Below are positions 27,189 to 37,548 of a stretch of 64,000 bases of DNA, piece by piece (the first letter of the stretch is position 1; every line of letters starts with the position of its first letter). The stretch covers positions 224,001-288,000 of the forward strand of contig CAWCRS010000005.1 of assembly GCA_963798085.1 (NCBI GenBank). Reading direction: 5' to 3'. This DNA comes from an uncultured Gemmatimonadales bacterium (GTDB lineage Bacteria > Gemmatimonadota > Gemmatimonadetes > Longimicrobiales > RSA9). The notes beneath the pieces are model-generated. The model did not search any database, was not told the DNA's origin, and saw only the letters and a list, made by a program, of their open reading frames with translations. The translations under genes were made by a program, and so were the position numbers.

Positions 27189-29614
27189 GTACGACCGCGG
27201 CCGTGCCGCCGCCGGTGGAGAGCCCGCTGCCTGTCGATGACGCACTGCCGCGCGTGCTCGCATTCGGCGACCGCTTCGGCCGCGAGCACACCGCGCTCGC
27301 CATGCATGCGGCGCTGCCGCTGGGCGTGTCGCCCGAACTCGTGCACCTGCTGCGCATCAACTTCGTGCCCGCTGCGCCGCGCATTGCCGAGGCCGATCTG
27401 CTGCTCTCGCCGCTCTGCCGCGAAACGGGCGGTGGTCTGTACGAGATGGACACGGGCGTGCGCGACATCCTGCTCGGCGAGCTGGCCCGCGCTGCGCGCT
27501 ACCGCCGCGATGCCGGCGGCCGCCCGCGCATTGCGAACGTCGCGGAATTCCTGCTGGCATGGACAGCGCGCGCCCTCGAGCGCACACGCGAGCCGGACGC
27601 GCTCGCCCACCTGCACGCACTGCACTGGGTCGCACTCGCGTACGCACGCCCGCAGCTCGCCGCCGAGGAGATCGCCGCCACCCTTGCGCGCGCACTCGAG
27701 CGGGGCGATTCGCTCGAAGCACTGCGCGTGGTCCGTCTGACCGGCGCCCTCTCCACACCACTCGCCGCCAGTGACACGCTTGTGCACTACGCCGCCGGCA
27801 TCGAGAGCCTGGCCACCGGTGATGCGGACGACGCGGAATTTCTCTTCGATCTCGCGGGTGCCGGCGAGGGGGGTGCGGCTGTGGGTAACGTCGTGTTACC
27901 AAGCATGGCCGCCGCGCGACCTCTGTGGGGGGCGCAGGGAACTCTTTCGGCAGAAGAGGACAGGCCACCCCTGGACCGCCGGCGTTTTGGCGGCCGTTCA
28001 TTCGACTCGGAACCGCCGCCGCCGCCCCCCGAATCGCCACCCCATCATGCGCCGCCTCCCGAGCCACCGCCCACACCGCTCCCCGCCATCGTGGGCATGT
28101 ACAAGATCGTCCGCGAGCTGGGCCGCGGCATGACAGGCGTGGTGTACGAGGCGTGGGATGTCCGCGCGGATGCGCGCGTGGCCGTCAAGCTCGTCTACGA
28201 GCCGCTGTCCCGCGATTTCCCCGACCCTGAATTCGAGGCCGCACTCGACGCGGTCCGCAGCATCTACAGCCCGGGCATCTTCCCGCTCTTCGATTCCGGC
28301 CGCGACGAAGGTCGGCTCTACTATGCGATGCCGTACGCGGAAGGCTCGCTGCGCCAGCAGCTCGCCAACGCCCCGTTAGCCACCGACATCGCCATCCGGT
28401 TGACCCGGCGCCTTGCCGATGCCCTTGCCTACGCCCACAGCAATCGCGTCATCCACGGCGACATCAAGCCGGAGAACGTGCTGTTCCACGATGGCGAGTA
28501 CGACCTGGCCGACTTCGCCGTGCTGCCCGTGCTCAAGCCGGCCGGCGCCCTCAACATCACGACGCCCGTGGGCACGCCCGCCTACATGGCGCCCGAGATC
28601 TGGGATGCGCAGCAGCCCACGCCCGCGAGCGACGTGTACGCATTCGGCTGCCTGATCCACGAGGTCTTCACCGGCGAGCCGCCGTTCGGCCGCACGGGCG
28701 GCGAGCTGCGTCGCCGGCATCGCAGTGAGACCGCGCGCGCGCTGCGCAGCATCCGGCCCGACGTGCCGGCCGTCATCGAGAGCGCAGTCCTGCGCGCGCT
28801 CGAGAAAGACCCGCAGAGCCGCTTCCCCGACGCGGCCGCGTTCGCCGCCGCCCTGTCCGAAGCCGGTACCGCGACCACGGAGCAGCAGACAGGCGAAGTG
28901 CCGGCGTATGCGGGTGGATCGGCAGCGCGCCCGCGCGCTGGCGCTTCCAGTGAGGGTTGGCGCGTGTACATCAGCTGGACGAACGACGACGGTGTGCCCG
29001 AGAACAACGAGTTTGTTGAAATGTTCGTCAGCCTCCTCGAGCGCGCAATTCAAATGCGCATGCCCGAGTGGTACCAGCAGGTGGCCTTCTTCGATCGCCT
29101 CCTGACGACGGGTGCTGACTGGACTCACGAAACCGCGGCCGCTCTCGGTTCTGCGCGCTGCTTCCTGGCGCTGCTGACACCGCGTTATCTGACCAGCAGT
29201 CGCGGCGGCCGCGAATGGGCGTACTTCCAGGACCGCGTGAATCGTTACCGTGCGGCGACCGCCCCGAGTCCTCGCGGCCTGATCCTGCCCGTCATTCGGG
29301 TTCCGATATCAGCACCTGTGCCCGAGCCCGTCGCGGACCTCCAGGTGACGCAACCGGAGTTCCCGGAGGCGTACACGCGCGAGGGGCTCCGCTTGATGCT
29401 CCACGCGCAGCGGGGTCCCCACAGCCCCGCGCGCCTGCTGATTGAGGCTCTTGCGGACCAGATCATGAATGCCACGAGCCGAATGGACCTGCCCGCCGAC
29501 CCGCCGGAGATGGCCAGCGAAAGGCTCGCCTCGATCCCCAGCGCGTTCTTCGGATTCGCACCTCCCTTCACCGATTCCGGCTTCGGCAGCGCCGGCAGCG
29601 CGCCTGCGCCATGA
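27185..29614 (+). CDS. vWA/MoxR-associated helical domain + Ser/Thr kinase + C-terminal TIR-like (FxsC-type) domain
   Basis: N-terminal LAMHAALPLGVSPELVHLLRINF...EADLLLSPLC...GLYEMDTGVRDILL; Pro-rich linker; kinase LGRGMTGVVY, VAVK, HGDIKPEN, GTPAYMAPE, SDVYAFG; TIR VYISW...FFDR...GADW...FLALLTPRYLTSSRGGREWAYF...LILPV. Confidence 0.85.
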   Translation: MSTTAAVPPPVESPLPVDDALPRVLAFGDRFGREHTALAMHAALPLGVSPELVHLLRINFVPAAPRIAEADLLLSPLCRETGGGLYEMDTGVRDILLGELARAARYRRDAGGRPRIANVAEFLLAWTARALERTREPDALAHLHALHWVALAYARPQLAAEEIAATLARALERGDSLEALRVVRLTGALSTPLAASDTLVHYAAGIESLATGDADDAEFLFDLAGAGEGGAAVGNVVLPSMAAARPLWGAQGTLSAEEDRPPLDRRRFGGRSFDSEPPPPPPESPPHHAPPPEPPPTPLPAIVGMYKIVRELGRGMTGVVYEAWDVRADARVAVKLVYEPLSRDFPDPEFEAALDAVRSIYSPGIFPLFDSGRDEGRLYYAMPYAEGSLRQQLANAPLATDIAIRLTRRLADALAYAHSNRVIHGDIKPENVLFHDGEYDLADFAVLPVLKPAGALNITTPVGTPAYMAPEIWDAQQPTPASDVYAFGCLIHEVFTGEPPFGRTGGELRRRHRSETARALRSIRPDVPAVIESAVLRALEKDPQSRFPDAAAFAAALSEAGTATTEQQTGEVPAYAGGSAARPRAGASSEGWRVYISWTNDDGVPENNEFVEMFVSLLERAIQMRMPEWYQQVAFFDRLLTTGADWTHETAAALGSARCFLALLTPRYLTSSRGGREWAYFQDRVNRYRAATAPSPRGLILPVIRVPISAPVPEPVADLQVTQPEFPEAYTREGLRLMLHAQRGPHSPARLLIEALADQIMNATSRMDLPADPPEMASERLASIPSAFFGFAPPFTDSGFGSAGSAPAP

Positions 29615-29673
29615 CGCGCGCTCCCATGGCCGGACCGCCGTGCCGGCCCTGCACATCCCGACCCATCGCACCG

Positions 29674-29702
29674 TTGCGAGTCATAATATCAGTTGATAAC
29701 TT
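29674..29702 (+). promoter_or_regulatory. Sigma70-type promoter with an operator in the spacer
   Basis: TTGCGA-N17-TAACTT, ~55 bp before the SDR start; spacer contains TCATAATATCA (29681-29691). Confidence 0.6.
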
Positions 29703-29756
29703 GCTGCCGAACCTCTCGACCCCTCAGCGCGATGATGCCCGGCAATTCGACGTCCC

Positions 29757-30572
29757 ATGAGTGATGACCGCTTCGGGCTGCATGGCCGGACCGCCGTGGT
29801 CACAGGCGGCTATGGCGTGCTGGGCGGCAGCCTTGCGCTCGGGCTCGCGCGCGCCGGCGCGCGCATTGCCGTCCTCGGGCGGCGCCGTGAACCGGCCGAG
29901 GCCCAGGCCGACGCCATCCGCGCCGCCGGCAGCGATGCACTGGTCCTGCTCGCCGACGTCAGCGTGGAAGAAGAGCTGCGCGCGGCGCTCGACCACCTGC
30001 AGTCGACCTGGGACGCGCCGGACATCCTGGTCAACGCGGCGGGCGGCAATGTGGCGCGCGCGCGCAGCGATGACCGGCCCGTGTTCGACGTGCCAGTCGA
30101 TGCCTTCGACGAAGTGCTGCGGCTCAACCTGCACGGCACCGTTCTGCCATCACTCGTTTTCGGCGCGGCCATGGCCGGGCGCGGGCGAGGCAGCATCGTG
30201 AACCTCTCGTCGATGGCGGCGCAGCGGGCGCTGAGTGGCGTGGCCGGCTACACGATCGCAAAGGCGGGTGTGGAAGGCTTCACGCGCTGGCTGGCCGTAG
30301 ACCTGGCGCGACGTTATGGCCCCGGCCTGCGGGTCAATGCCGTATCCCCCGGCTTCTTCATCACCACGCAGAATCGCGCGGTGCTGGTGACCGCGGATGG
30401 CGGCCACACGGAGCGGGCGCGCCGCATTCTTGCTAACACGCCGATGGGTCGTTTTGGCGAGCCCGCCGAGCTGGTGGGCGCAGTGCAATGGCTGTGCAGC
30501 GACGCGGCTTCCTTCGTGACCGGCGTCGTGATTCCTGTGGACGGCGGCTTCAGCGCCTTCGGCGGCGTGTGA
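29757..30572 (+). CDS. uxuB: SDR-family D-mannonate oxidoreductase (fructuronate reductase)
   Basis: VVTGGYGVLG, ILVNAAGGN, YTIAKAG, RVNAVSPGFF, VIPVDGGFSAFGGV; first gene of the uxaC-uxuA operon. Confidence 0.82.
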   Translation: MSDDRFGLHGRTAVVTGGYGVLGGSLALGLARAGARIAVLGRRREPAEAQADAIRAAGSDALVLLADVSVEEELRAALDHLQSTWDAPDILVNAAGGNVARARSDDRPVFDVPVDAFDEVLRLNLHGTVLPSLVFGAAMAGRGRGSIVNLSSMAAQRALSGVAGYTIAKAGVEGFTRWLAVDLARRYGPGLRVNAVSPGFFITTQNRAVLVTADGGHTERARRILANTPMGRFGEPAELVGAVQWLCSDAASFVTGVVIPVDGGFSAFGGV

Positions 30573-32059
30573 GCGGCATGAGGAGCGCCGATGGCGCCGG
30601 CCGGCTGCTGGCGGAGGATCGCTTCTTCGATCCCGATCCGGTGGTGCGCCGTGCGGCGCGCACGCTGTACGAGGAGACGCGCCAACTCCCCATTATCAGC
30701 CCGCACGGCCACGTGGATCCCCGCCTGCTGGCAGACGATTCGCCTTTCCCCGAGCCCACCGGGCTCATGGTTACGCCCGACCACTACATCCTGCGCATGC
30801 TGTATTCGCAGGGCGTTCCGCTGGAAGACCTGGGCGTGCGTCCACGCGATGGCGGCGGGGCGGAGCGCGATCCGCGGCGCGTGTGGCAGCGCTTCGCCGA
30901 TCACGTCCATCTCTTTCGCGCCACACCCACGGGCGCCTGGCTGAGCTACGAGCTGCACGAAGTGTTCGGCCTGACGCGCGCACTCGAGGGCAGCAGCGCG
31001 GCCATTCTCTACGACGAGATCGTGGAGAAACTGGCCTCGCCCGAATTCCGGCCCCGTGCGCTGTTCGAGCGCTTTCGCATTGAGGTGCTCGCGACAACGG
31101 ATGGCGCCACCGACCGACTCGAGAACCATCAGCGCATTCGCGAGTCCGGCTGGAAGGGCCGTGTGATTCCCACGTTCAGACCGGACGCGACGCTGGCCAT
31201 CGCATCGTCGGACTGGCGCGCGCAGCTGGAGCGGCTCGCCGCGCTGGCGGGCCATGCCATCGAGGAATACCCCGCGTTCCTGGCGGCACTGCAGGCGCAG
31301 CGCGCGCGCTTCCGCACATTCGGCGCCACGGCGACAGATCACGGCGTGGCCGAGCCGCACACCACGCTGCTGCCGCCCGAGGAAATGGACTGGCTGTTCC
31401 AGCGCGCGCGCGCGGGCCTCGCCGGCATCGATGATGAACGCCGCTTCGTCGCCCACATGCTGATCGAGATGGCGCGCATGTCCGTCGAGGATGGCATGGT
31501 CATGCAGCTGCATGCGGGCGCCTTCCGCAATCACAACCAGCCGCTGTACGAGCGCTTCGGCACCGACATCGGCGGCGATATTCCACTGGTCGCGGAGTAC
31601 ACTCGCAATCTGCGCCCGCTGCTCAATGCGTACGGCAACGACACGCGGCTCTGCCTCATCCTGTTCACACTCGATGAATCGACATACGCGCGCGAGCTGG
31701 CGCCGCTGGCCGGGCACTATCCCGCCGTACGCCTGGGTCCGCCCTGGTGGTTCCACGACAGCATTGAAGGCATGAAACGCTTCCGTGCGCGCACCACGGA
31801 GACGGCGGGCATCTGGAATACCGCCGGCTTCAATGATGACACGCGTGCCTTCTGCTCGATCCCCGCGCGCCACGACCTCTCGCGCCGGGTCGACGCAAAC
31901 TGGCTGGCTGGACTCGTGGCCCGCCACATCGTGTCACTCGACGACGCGCGGGCCATGGCGCGCGCGCTGGCGTACGATCTGGCCCGGCAAACATACCGTT
32001 TGGCGCAGCGGCCCGAGAGCACGGACGCGGCGGCGTCGCCTGCGGCCGGGTCCCGCTGA
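30569..32059 (+). CDS. uxaC: Glucuronate (uronate) isomerase
   Basis: LPIISPHGHVDP, PDHYILRML, MVMQLHAG, RELAPLAGHYP, GPPWWFHDS, GFNDDTRAF. Confidence 0.95.
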   Translation: MSGMRSADGAGRLLAEDRFFDPDPVVRRAARTLYEETRQLPIISPHGHVDPRLLADDSPFPEPTGLMVTPDHYILRMLYSQGVPLEDLGVRPRDGGGAERDPRRVWQRFADHVHLFRATPTGAWLSYELHEVFGLTRALEGSSAAILYDEIVEKLASPEFRPRALFERFRIEVLATTDGATDRLENHQRIRESGWKGRVIPTFRPDATLAIASSDWRAQLERLAALAGHAIEEYPAFLAALQAQRARFRTFGATATDHGVAEPHTTLLPPEEMDWLFQRARAGLAGIDDERRFVAHMLIEMARMSVEDGMVMQLHAGAFRNHNQPLYERFGTDIGGDIPLVAEYTRNLRPLLNAYGNDTRLCLILFTLDESTYARELAPLAGHYPAVRLGPPWWFHDSIEGMKRFRARTTETAGIWNTAGFNDDTRAFCSIPARHDLSRRVDANWLAGLVARHIVSLDDARAMARALAYDLARQTYRLAQRPESTDAAASPAAGSR

Positions 32060-33093
32060 TGGAATTCACGTTCCGCTGGTTCGGCGACACGGACCCGGTC
32101 AACCTCCAGCACATCCGCCAGATCCCCGGCATCACCGGCATTGTCAGCGCGCTCTACGACGTCGTCGTCGGGGAGGTGTGGCCCCGCGATGCACTGGCAC
32201 AGCTGGCTGAGCGCATCACCGGCGAGGGATTCCGCTTCGCGGTGGTGGAGAGCATACCGGTACACGAGGACATCAAACTCGGCCGGCCCACGCGCGATCG
32301 CCTGATCGCGAACTATTGCGCCAGCGTGCAGCACATGGGCGAGGTGGGTGTGCCCGTGCTGTGCTACAACTTCATGCCCGTGTTCGACTGGCTGCGCACG
32401 TCGCTCGATCTGCCGCTCGCCGACGGATCGATTGCGCTGGCCTACGACGACGCCGAACTGGCGCGGCTCGACGCGCAGAAGACCGATGTGGCGCTGCCCG
32501 GCTGGGGCGCGCGCTACACCCGCGCCGAGCTGCAGGCGCTGCGCGCCGCGTACTCGACTGTTACTGCCGAGCAGCTCTGGGAAAACCTGGCGTACTTCCT
32601 CGAGCGCGTCGTGCCCGTCGCAGCGGAGGCCGGCGTGCACCTCGCGATCCATCCGGATGATCCGCCGTGGCCAGTGCTGGGCCTGCCCCGCATCATCACG
32701 GACGCGGCCGCGCTGGCTCGCCTGACCACCCTCGTCGACAGCCCCGTGAACGGCGTCACCTTCTGCACCGGCTCGCTGGGGGCACTGCCTTTCAACGATC
32801 TGCCTGGCATGATCCGGGCTCTGCGCGGGCGCATCCATTTCACGCACTGCCGCAACGTGCACAGCACCGGTCCGCGGCGCTTCCACGAGACCGCGCACCC
32901 GACGGCCTGCGGCGATGTCGACATGCTGGCGGTGCTGCGTGCCCTGCGTGAAATCGCCTTCGATGGCCCGCTGCGGCCCGATCACGGCCGCATGATCTGG
33001 GACAGACTCGGGCGACCCGGCTACGGCCTGCACGACCGGGCCCTGGGCGCCATGTACCTGCAGGGACTCTGGGAAGCGATAACGCGCGGTTAA
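32059..33093 (+). CDS. uxuA: Mannonate dehydratase
   Basis: MEFTFRWFG, VVESIPVHEDIKLG, CYNFMPVFDW, AIHPDDPPW, RPDHGRMIW, PGYGLHDRALG. Confidence 0.96.
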   Translation: MEFTFRWFGDTDPVNLQHIRQIPGITGIVSALYDVVVGEVWPRDALAQLAERITGEGFRFAVVESIPVHEDIKLGRPTRDRLIANYCASVQHMGEVGVPVLCYNFMPVFDWLRTSLDLPLADGSIALAYDDAELARLDAQKTDVALPGWGARYTRAELQALRAAYSTVTAEQLWENLAYFLERVVPVAAEAGVHLAIHPDDPPWPVLGLPRIITDAAALARLTTLVDSPVNGVTFCTGSLGALPFNDLPGMIRALRGRIHFTHCRNVHSTGPRRFHETAHPTACGDVDMLAVLRALREIAFDGPLRPDHGRMIWDRLGRPGYGLHDRALGAMYLQGLWEAITRG

Positions 33094-33121
33094 GGAACTC
33101 TCCTGTGGAGCTGCGAAGCCC

Positions 33122-33769
33122 GTGACTGACAACGTGCTGGGAACGATACGACGGCTCAGGCTCGTGCCCGTCATCGTCATCGGCGAGCCCTCGCAGGCCG
33201 TGCCCCTGGCACAGACGCTGAGCGCCGCCGGCCTGCCCATCGCCGAGATTACCTTCCGCACTCGCGCCGCGGCGGAATCCCTGCGCCGCATCGCCGCGGA
33301 ACAACCCGATGTGCTGGTGGGCGCGGGCACCGTGCTCACGCGCGACCAGGCCGCCGAGGCCCGGGCCGCGGGTGCGCATTTCGTGGTATCGCCCGGATTC
33401 CACTGGCGCGTCGTCGACTACTGCCAGGAGCACGAGCTGCCCGTGTTCCCGGGCGTGTGCACGCCCAGCGAGATCGGCGAAGCGCTGGACAGCGGGCTGC
33501 GCGTGGTGAAGTTCTTCCCGGCCGAAGCCATGGGCGGCCTGCCGTTCCTCAAGGCCATTGCCGCTCCGTTCGGCGACATCGAATTCATTCCCACAGGCGG
33601 CATCAACGCGGGCAATCTGGCCAGCTATCTCGCCCTGCCCGTCGTGGCCGCCTGCGGCGGCTCGTGGATGGCGCCGCGCGAGTGGATTGATAACGGCGAG
33701 TTCACGCGCATCCGCGCCGAGACCGAGCGCGCCCTCACGCTCATGCGACCCGACATGGTGGCGCACTGA
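33122..33769 (+). CDS. eda: KDPG/KHG aldolase
   Basis: [43 protein letters not shown]. Confidence 0.95.
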   Translation: MTDNVLGTIRRLRLVPVIVIGEPSQAVPLAQTLSAAGLPIAEITFRTRAAAESLRRIAAEQPDVLVGAGTVLTRDQAAEARAAGAHFVVSPGFHWRVVDYCQEHELPVFPGVCTPSEIGEALDSGLRVVKFFPAEAMGGLPFLKAIAAPFGDIEFIPTGGINAGNLASYLALPVVAACGGSWMAPREWIDNGEFTRIRAETERALTLMRPDMVAH

Positions 33770-33770
33770 C

Positions 33771-34802
33771 ATGGGCGCGCGCGTCGTTACCCTCGGCGAG
33801 ATCATGCTGCGGCTCAAGTCGCCGGCACACGAACGCCTGTTCCAGTCGCCGGTGCTGGAAGCCACGTTCGGCGGCGCCGAGAGCAATGTGGCCGTGTCGC
33901 TCGCCAATTTCGGTGCGGCTGCAACCTTCGTCACCGCGCTGCCGGCGGGTCCGCTCGGCGATGCCGCCATCGCCGAACTGCGCCGCTTCGGCGTCGACAC
34001 CCGCCACATCGTGCGCCAGGGCGAGCGCATGGGCATCTACTTCCTCGAGGCGGGCGCCAACCAGCGGCCCAGCAAGGTCGTGTACGACCGCGCCCACGCC
34101 GCCATCGCCATCGCGCAGCCGCGGGACTTCGACTGGGACGCAATCTTCGAGGGCGCGGACTGGTTCCACATCAGCGGCGTCACGCCCGCCATCAGCGCCG
34201 CCGCCGCCGAGCTGTCGCTGGAAGCGGTGCGCCAGGCGAGGGCGCACGGCGCGACCGTGTCCTGCGACTACAATTACCGCGGCAACCTCTGGAAGTACGG
34301 CAGGCCCGCGCCCGCCGTGATGCGCGAGCTGGTCGCGCACGTGCAGGTCGGCATTGCCAACGAGGAAGACTGCCAGAAGTCGCTGGGCATCGAAGTCGCT
34401 GTCGATGTGCACGGCGGCACACTGGATCCCGCGCAATACCGCACGCTGGCCGAGCGCGTGCTCGAGCAGTTTCCCGGCCTCGCCAAACAGGTCATTACAC
34501 TGCGCGAGAGCCGCAGCGCGGACCACAACCGCTGGAGCGCCTGCCTGCACGATCGCCAGAACTTCTGGCTCAGCCGCAGCTACGACATTGCCCACATCGT
34601 GGATCGCGTGGGCGGCGGCGATGCCTTCGCAGCCGGTCTCATCCACAGCCTGCGCGCCGGGAACGACGCGCAGCGGGCGCTCGAGTTCGCCACGGCCGCC
34701 AGCTGCCTCAAACACTCGGTTCCCGGCGACTTCAATCGCGTGACCTCGGCCGAAGTCGAGTCTCTCCTGCGCGGCGACGCCAGCGGCCGCGTCCAGCGAT
34801 GA
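33771..34802 (+). CDS. kdgK: 2-keto-3-deoxygluconate kinase (PfkB family)
   Basis: [49 protein letters not shown]; operon context. Confidence 0.92.
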   Translation: MGARVVTLGEIMLRLKSPAHERLFQSPVLEATFGGAESNVAVSLANFGAAATFVTALPAGPLGDAAIAELRRFGVDTRHIVRQGERMGIYFLEAGANQRPSKVVYDRAHAAIAIAQPRDFDWDAIFEGADWFHISGVTPAISAAAAELSLEAVRQARAHGATVSCDYNYRGNLWKYGRPAPAVMRELVAHVQVGIANEEDCQKSLGIEVAVDVHGGTLDPAQYRTLAERVLEQFPGLAKQVITLRESRSADHNRWSACLHDRQNFWLSRSYDIAHIVDRVGGGDAFAAGLIHSLRAGNDAQRALEFATAASCLKHSVPGDFNRVTSAEVESLLRGDASGRVQR

Positions 34803-36091
34803 ACACGGCGGGGCACGACACGGAGTCCGCATCTCCGCCGCGCATCGGCTACCGCTGGACCATCGTGGCGCTGCTCTTTGCCGCCACAACCATCAATTAC
34901 ATCGATCGCCAGGTGCTCGGCATCCTGGCACCCACACTCCAGTCCCAGCTGCACTGGAGCGAAGTCGATTACGCCAACATCGTCTCGTGGTTCAGCCTCG
35001 CCTACGGCATTGGCCTGCTCTTCATGGGCCGCGTGCTCGACTGGATCGGCGCCCGCCGCGGCTTCGCCTTCTCCATCGTCGTGTGGAGCCTGGCCGCCAT
35101 GGGCCACGCCTTCACCGCAACGGCGCGCGGCTTCTCCATCGCCCGCGCACTCCTGGGCCTGGGCGAATCCGGCAACTTCCCCGGCGCCATCAAGACCGTC
35201 GCGGAATGGTTCCCCAAGCGCGAGCGCGCCCTCGCCACCGGCGTCTTCAATGCGGGCAGCAATGTGGGCGCCGTCCTGGCGCCGCTGGCCGTGCCCTGGA
35301 TCGCGCTGACCTGGGGCTGGCGCTGGGCCTTCATCAGCACCGGTGCGCTCGGTTTCCTCTGGCTCATCGTGTGGCTCGCGATGTACCAGCAGCCGGAAAC
35401 GCACCCGCGCGTCTCCAGCGCCGAGCTGGCCCTGATTCAGAGCGACCCGCCCGAGCCGCGCGGCCACATGCCGTGGCTCAGCCTGATCGCACACCGCCAG
35501 ACCTGGGCGTTCATCGCGGGCAAGTCGATGACCGATCCGGTCTGGCTCTTCTACCTGTTCTGGCTGCCCAAATTCCTTGATACGAACTTCGGCGTGAGAC
35601 TCTCCGCCCTGGCCACGCCGCTCATCGTGATCTACGTCTTCGCCGACTTCGGCTCCGTCGCCGGCGGCTGGCTCTCCAGCCACCTCATCAAGCGAGGCTG
35701 GAGCATCAACCGCGGACGCAAGACGACGATGCTCGTCGCCGCTCTGCTCATTGTCCCCACCCTCTTCGCGCCCTCGGCCCGCAGCCTGGCCGTCGCGGTA
35801 GGACTCGTCAGCATCGCTGCTGCCGCCCACCAGTGGTGGTCCGCCAACCTGTTCACCACCGTCAGCGACATGTTTCCCCGCCGCGCCGTCGCCTCCGTGA
35901 TCGGCATTGGCGGTTTCTGCGGCGCCATGAGCAGCATGCTCTTCCAGCGCCTCACCGGCCACATCCTCCAGGCCAATCATGGCGACTACCGGCCGATTTT
36001 CTTCTTCTGCGGCGGTGCCTATGTGGCCGCGCTCGCGCTCCTCCACCTGCTCGCGCCTCGCCTCGAACCTGCTACCGTGGCGGACAAATGA
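34799..36091 (+). CDS. exuT: MFS hexuronate transporter
   Basis: [64 protein letters not shown]. Confidence 0.9.
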   Translation: MNTAGHDTESASPPRIGYRWTIVALLFAATTINYIDRQVLGILAPTLQSQLHWSEVDYANIVSWFSLAYGIGLLFMGRVLDWIGARRGFAFSIVVWSLAAMGHAFTATARGFSIARALLGLGESGNFPGAIKTVAEWFPKRERALATGVFNAGSNVGAVLAPLAVPWIALTWGWRWAFISTGALGFLWLIVWLAMYQQPETHPRVSSAELALIQSDPPEPRGHMPWLSLIAHRQTWAFIAGKSMTDPVWLFYLFWLPKFLDTNFGVRLSALATPLIVIYVFADFGSVAGGWLSSHLIKRGWSINRGRKTTMLVAALLIVPTLFAPSARSLAVAVGLVSIAAAAHQWWSANLFTTVSDMFPRRAVASVIGIGGFCGAMSSMLFQRLTGHILQANHGDYRPIFFFCGGAYVAALALLHLLAPRLEPATVADK

Positions 36092-36094
36092 GCC

Positions 36095-36140
36095 TTGACA
36101 GCCGCGAACGGGCCAGCGTAGGCTATGAGTCATAATATGA
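36095..36140 (+). promoter_or_regulatory. Sigma70-type promoter followed by a palindromic operator
   Basis: TTGACA-N18-TAGGCT (36095-36124), then the inverted repeat TCATA-A-TATGA (36130-36140); GAGTCATAATAT is shared with 29678-29689. Confidence 0.7.
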
Positions 36141-36300
36141 ATTTATCACGGCTCCCTGCCGCGTCTCCCGCGGAGCGCCGCCGTCTTCACACCGAATCCT
36201 GCTGGGACAGTCGCCTTGGGCGGCGCCGATCGCCGCGGATTGCCGGGGAGCGGGGGCTCCCGGGCTGGTGATCCAGTCACCGCGGATCACGGTGGATTGA

Positions 36301-37543
36301 ATGAAAATCATCGATCTCCGGGCTACGCCCGTGACCGTTCCGCTCGGTGGGGCCCTGCGTCACGCCAATGGCTGCCATTGGGGCCGCTTCGTCCGCACCA
36401 TCATCGAGGTGGAAACCGATGATGGCCTGATCGGACTGGGTGAGATGGGCGGCGGCGGCGAGAGCGCGGTGGCGGCCTTCGACGCGCTCAAGCCCTATCT
36501 GCTGGGGCGCGATCCGGCTCGACTCGAGGAAATGCGCTTCCTCATCGCCAACCCCACCGCGTCGCTCTACAACAACAGGACGCAGATGCTGGCGGCGCTC
36601 GAATTCGCCTGCCTCGACATCCTGGGACAGCGCTGGGGCGTGCCGGTTTCCGAGATCCTGGGCGGCCGGCTGCGGGACCACGTGCAGTTCGCGTCCTACC
36701 TGTTCTTCCGCTATCCCAACGACGGCGCGGGCGGCGAGGTGCGCACGATCGAGCAGCTGCTGGCGGAGGCGAGGCAGCTCAGGGAGCGGCACGGCTTCCG
36801 CACGCACAAGCTGAAGGGCGGTGTCTTCCCGCCCGAGTACGAGCTGGAATGCTACCGCGCGCTGGCGCACGCCTTTCCCGAGGACAGTCTGCGCTTCGAT
36901 CCGAACGGTGCGTGGTCGGTGGAACGGGCGCTCTGGTTCGCCAATCGCATCGAGGACCTGAACAACGACTATCTCGAGGATCCCGTCTTCGGCCTGCATG
37001 GCATGCGACGGGTGCGCGAGAGGGTGCGCATTCCACTCGCCACCAACACCGTCGATCGTGTCCTTCGAGCAGCTGGCCGCGAACGTGCTCGAGACCGCGG
37101 TCGACGTGATCCTGCTGGATACCACGTTCTGGGGCGGCATCCGCGCCTGCGTGAAGGCGGCCGGCATCTGCGAGGCGTTCCAGCTGGGCGTCGCGGTGCA
37201 CTCATCGGGAGAACTGGGAATTCAGCTGGCGACGATGCTCCATCTGGGCGCCGTCGTGCCTAACCTCACGTTTGCCGCGGACGCCCACTACCACCACCTG
37301 CTGGATGACGTGATCGAAGGCGGCAAGCTGGACTACTGCTGCGGCTCTATCGCGGTGCCCACCTCGCCCGGCCTGGGCGTGAAGCTCGACCGCGACCGCG
37401 TCGGCAAGTATCACGAGCTGTTCCTGCGTCTGGGGAGCTACCCGTACGATCAGGACCCGCTGCGTCCCGGCTGGATCCCGCTCATCCCCAATCAGTCGTG
37501 GGCGGATCCCGGCGACGAGCGGGTGCCCGCAATCCCGCGCTGA
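36301..37543 (+). CDS. Enolase-superfamily acid-sugar dehydratase (glucarate dehydratase-like); 1-nt frameshift at ~37053
   Basis: [45 protein letters not shown]; continues in the other frame IVSFEQL...DTTFWGGI...VHSSGELGI...ADAHYHH...PGLGV. Confidence 0.87.
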
Positions 37544-37548
37544 GCGCC

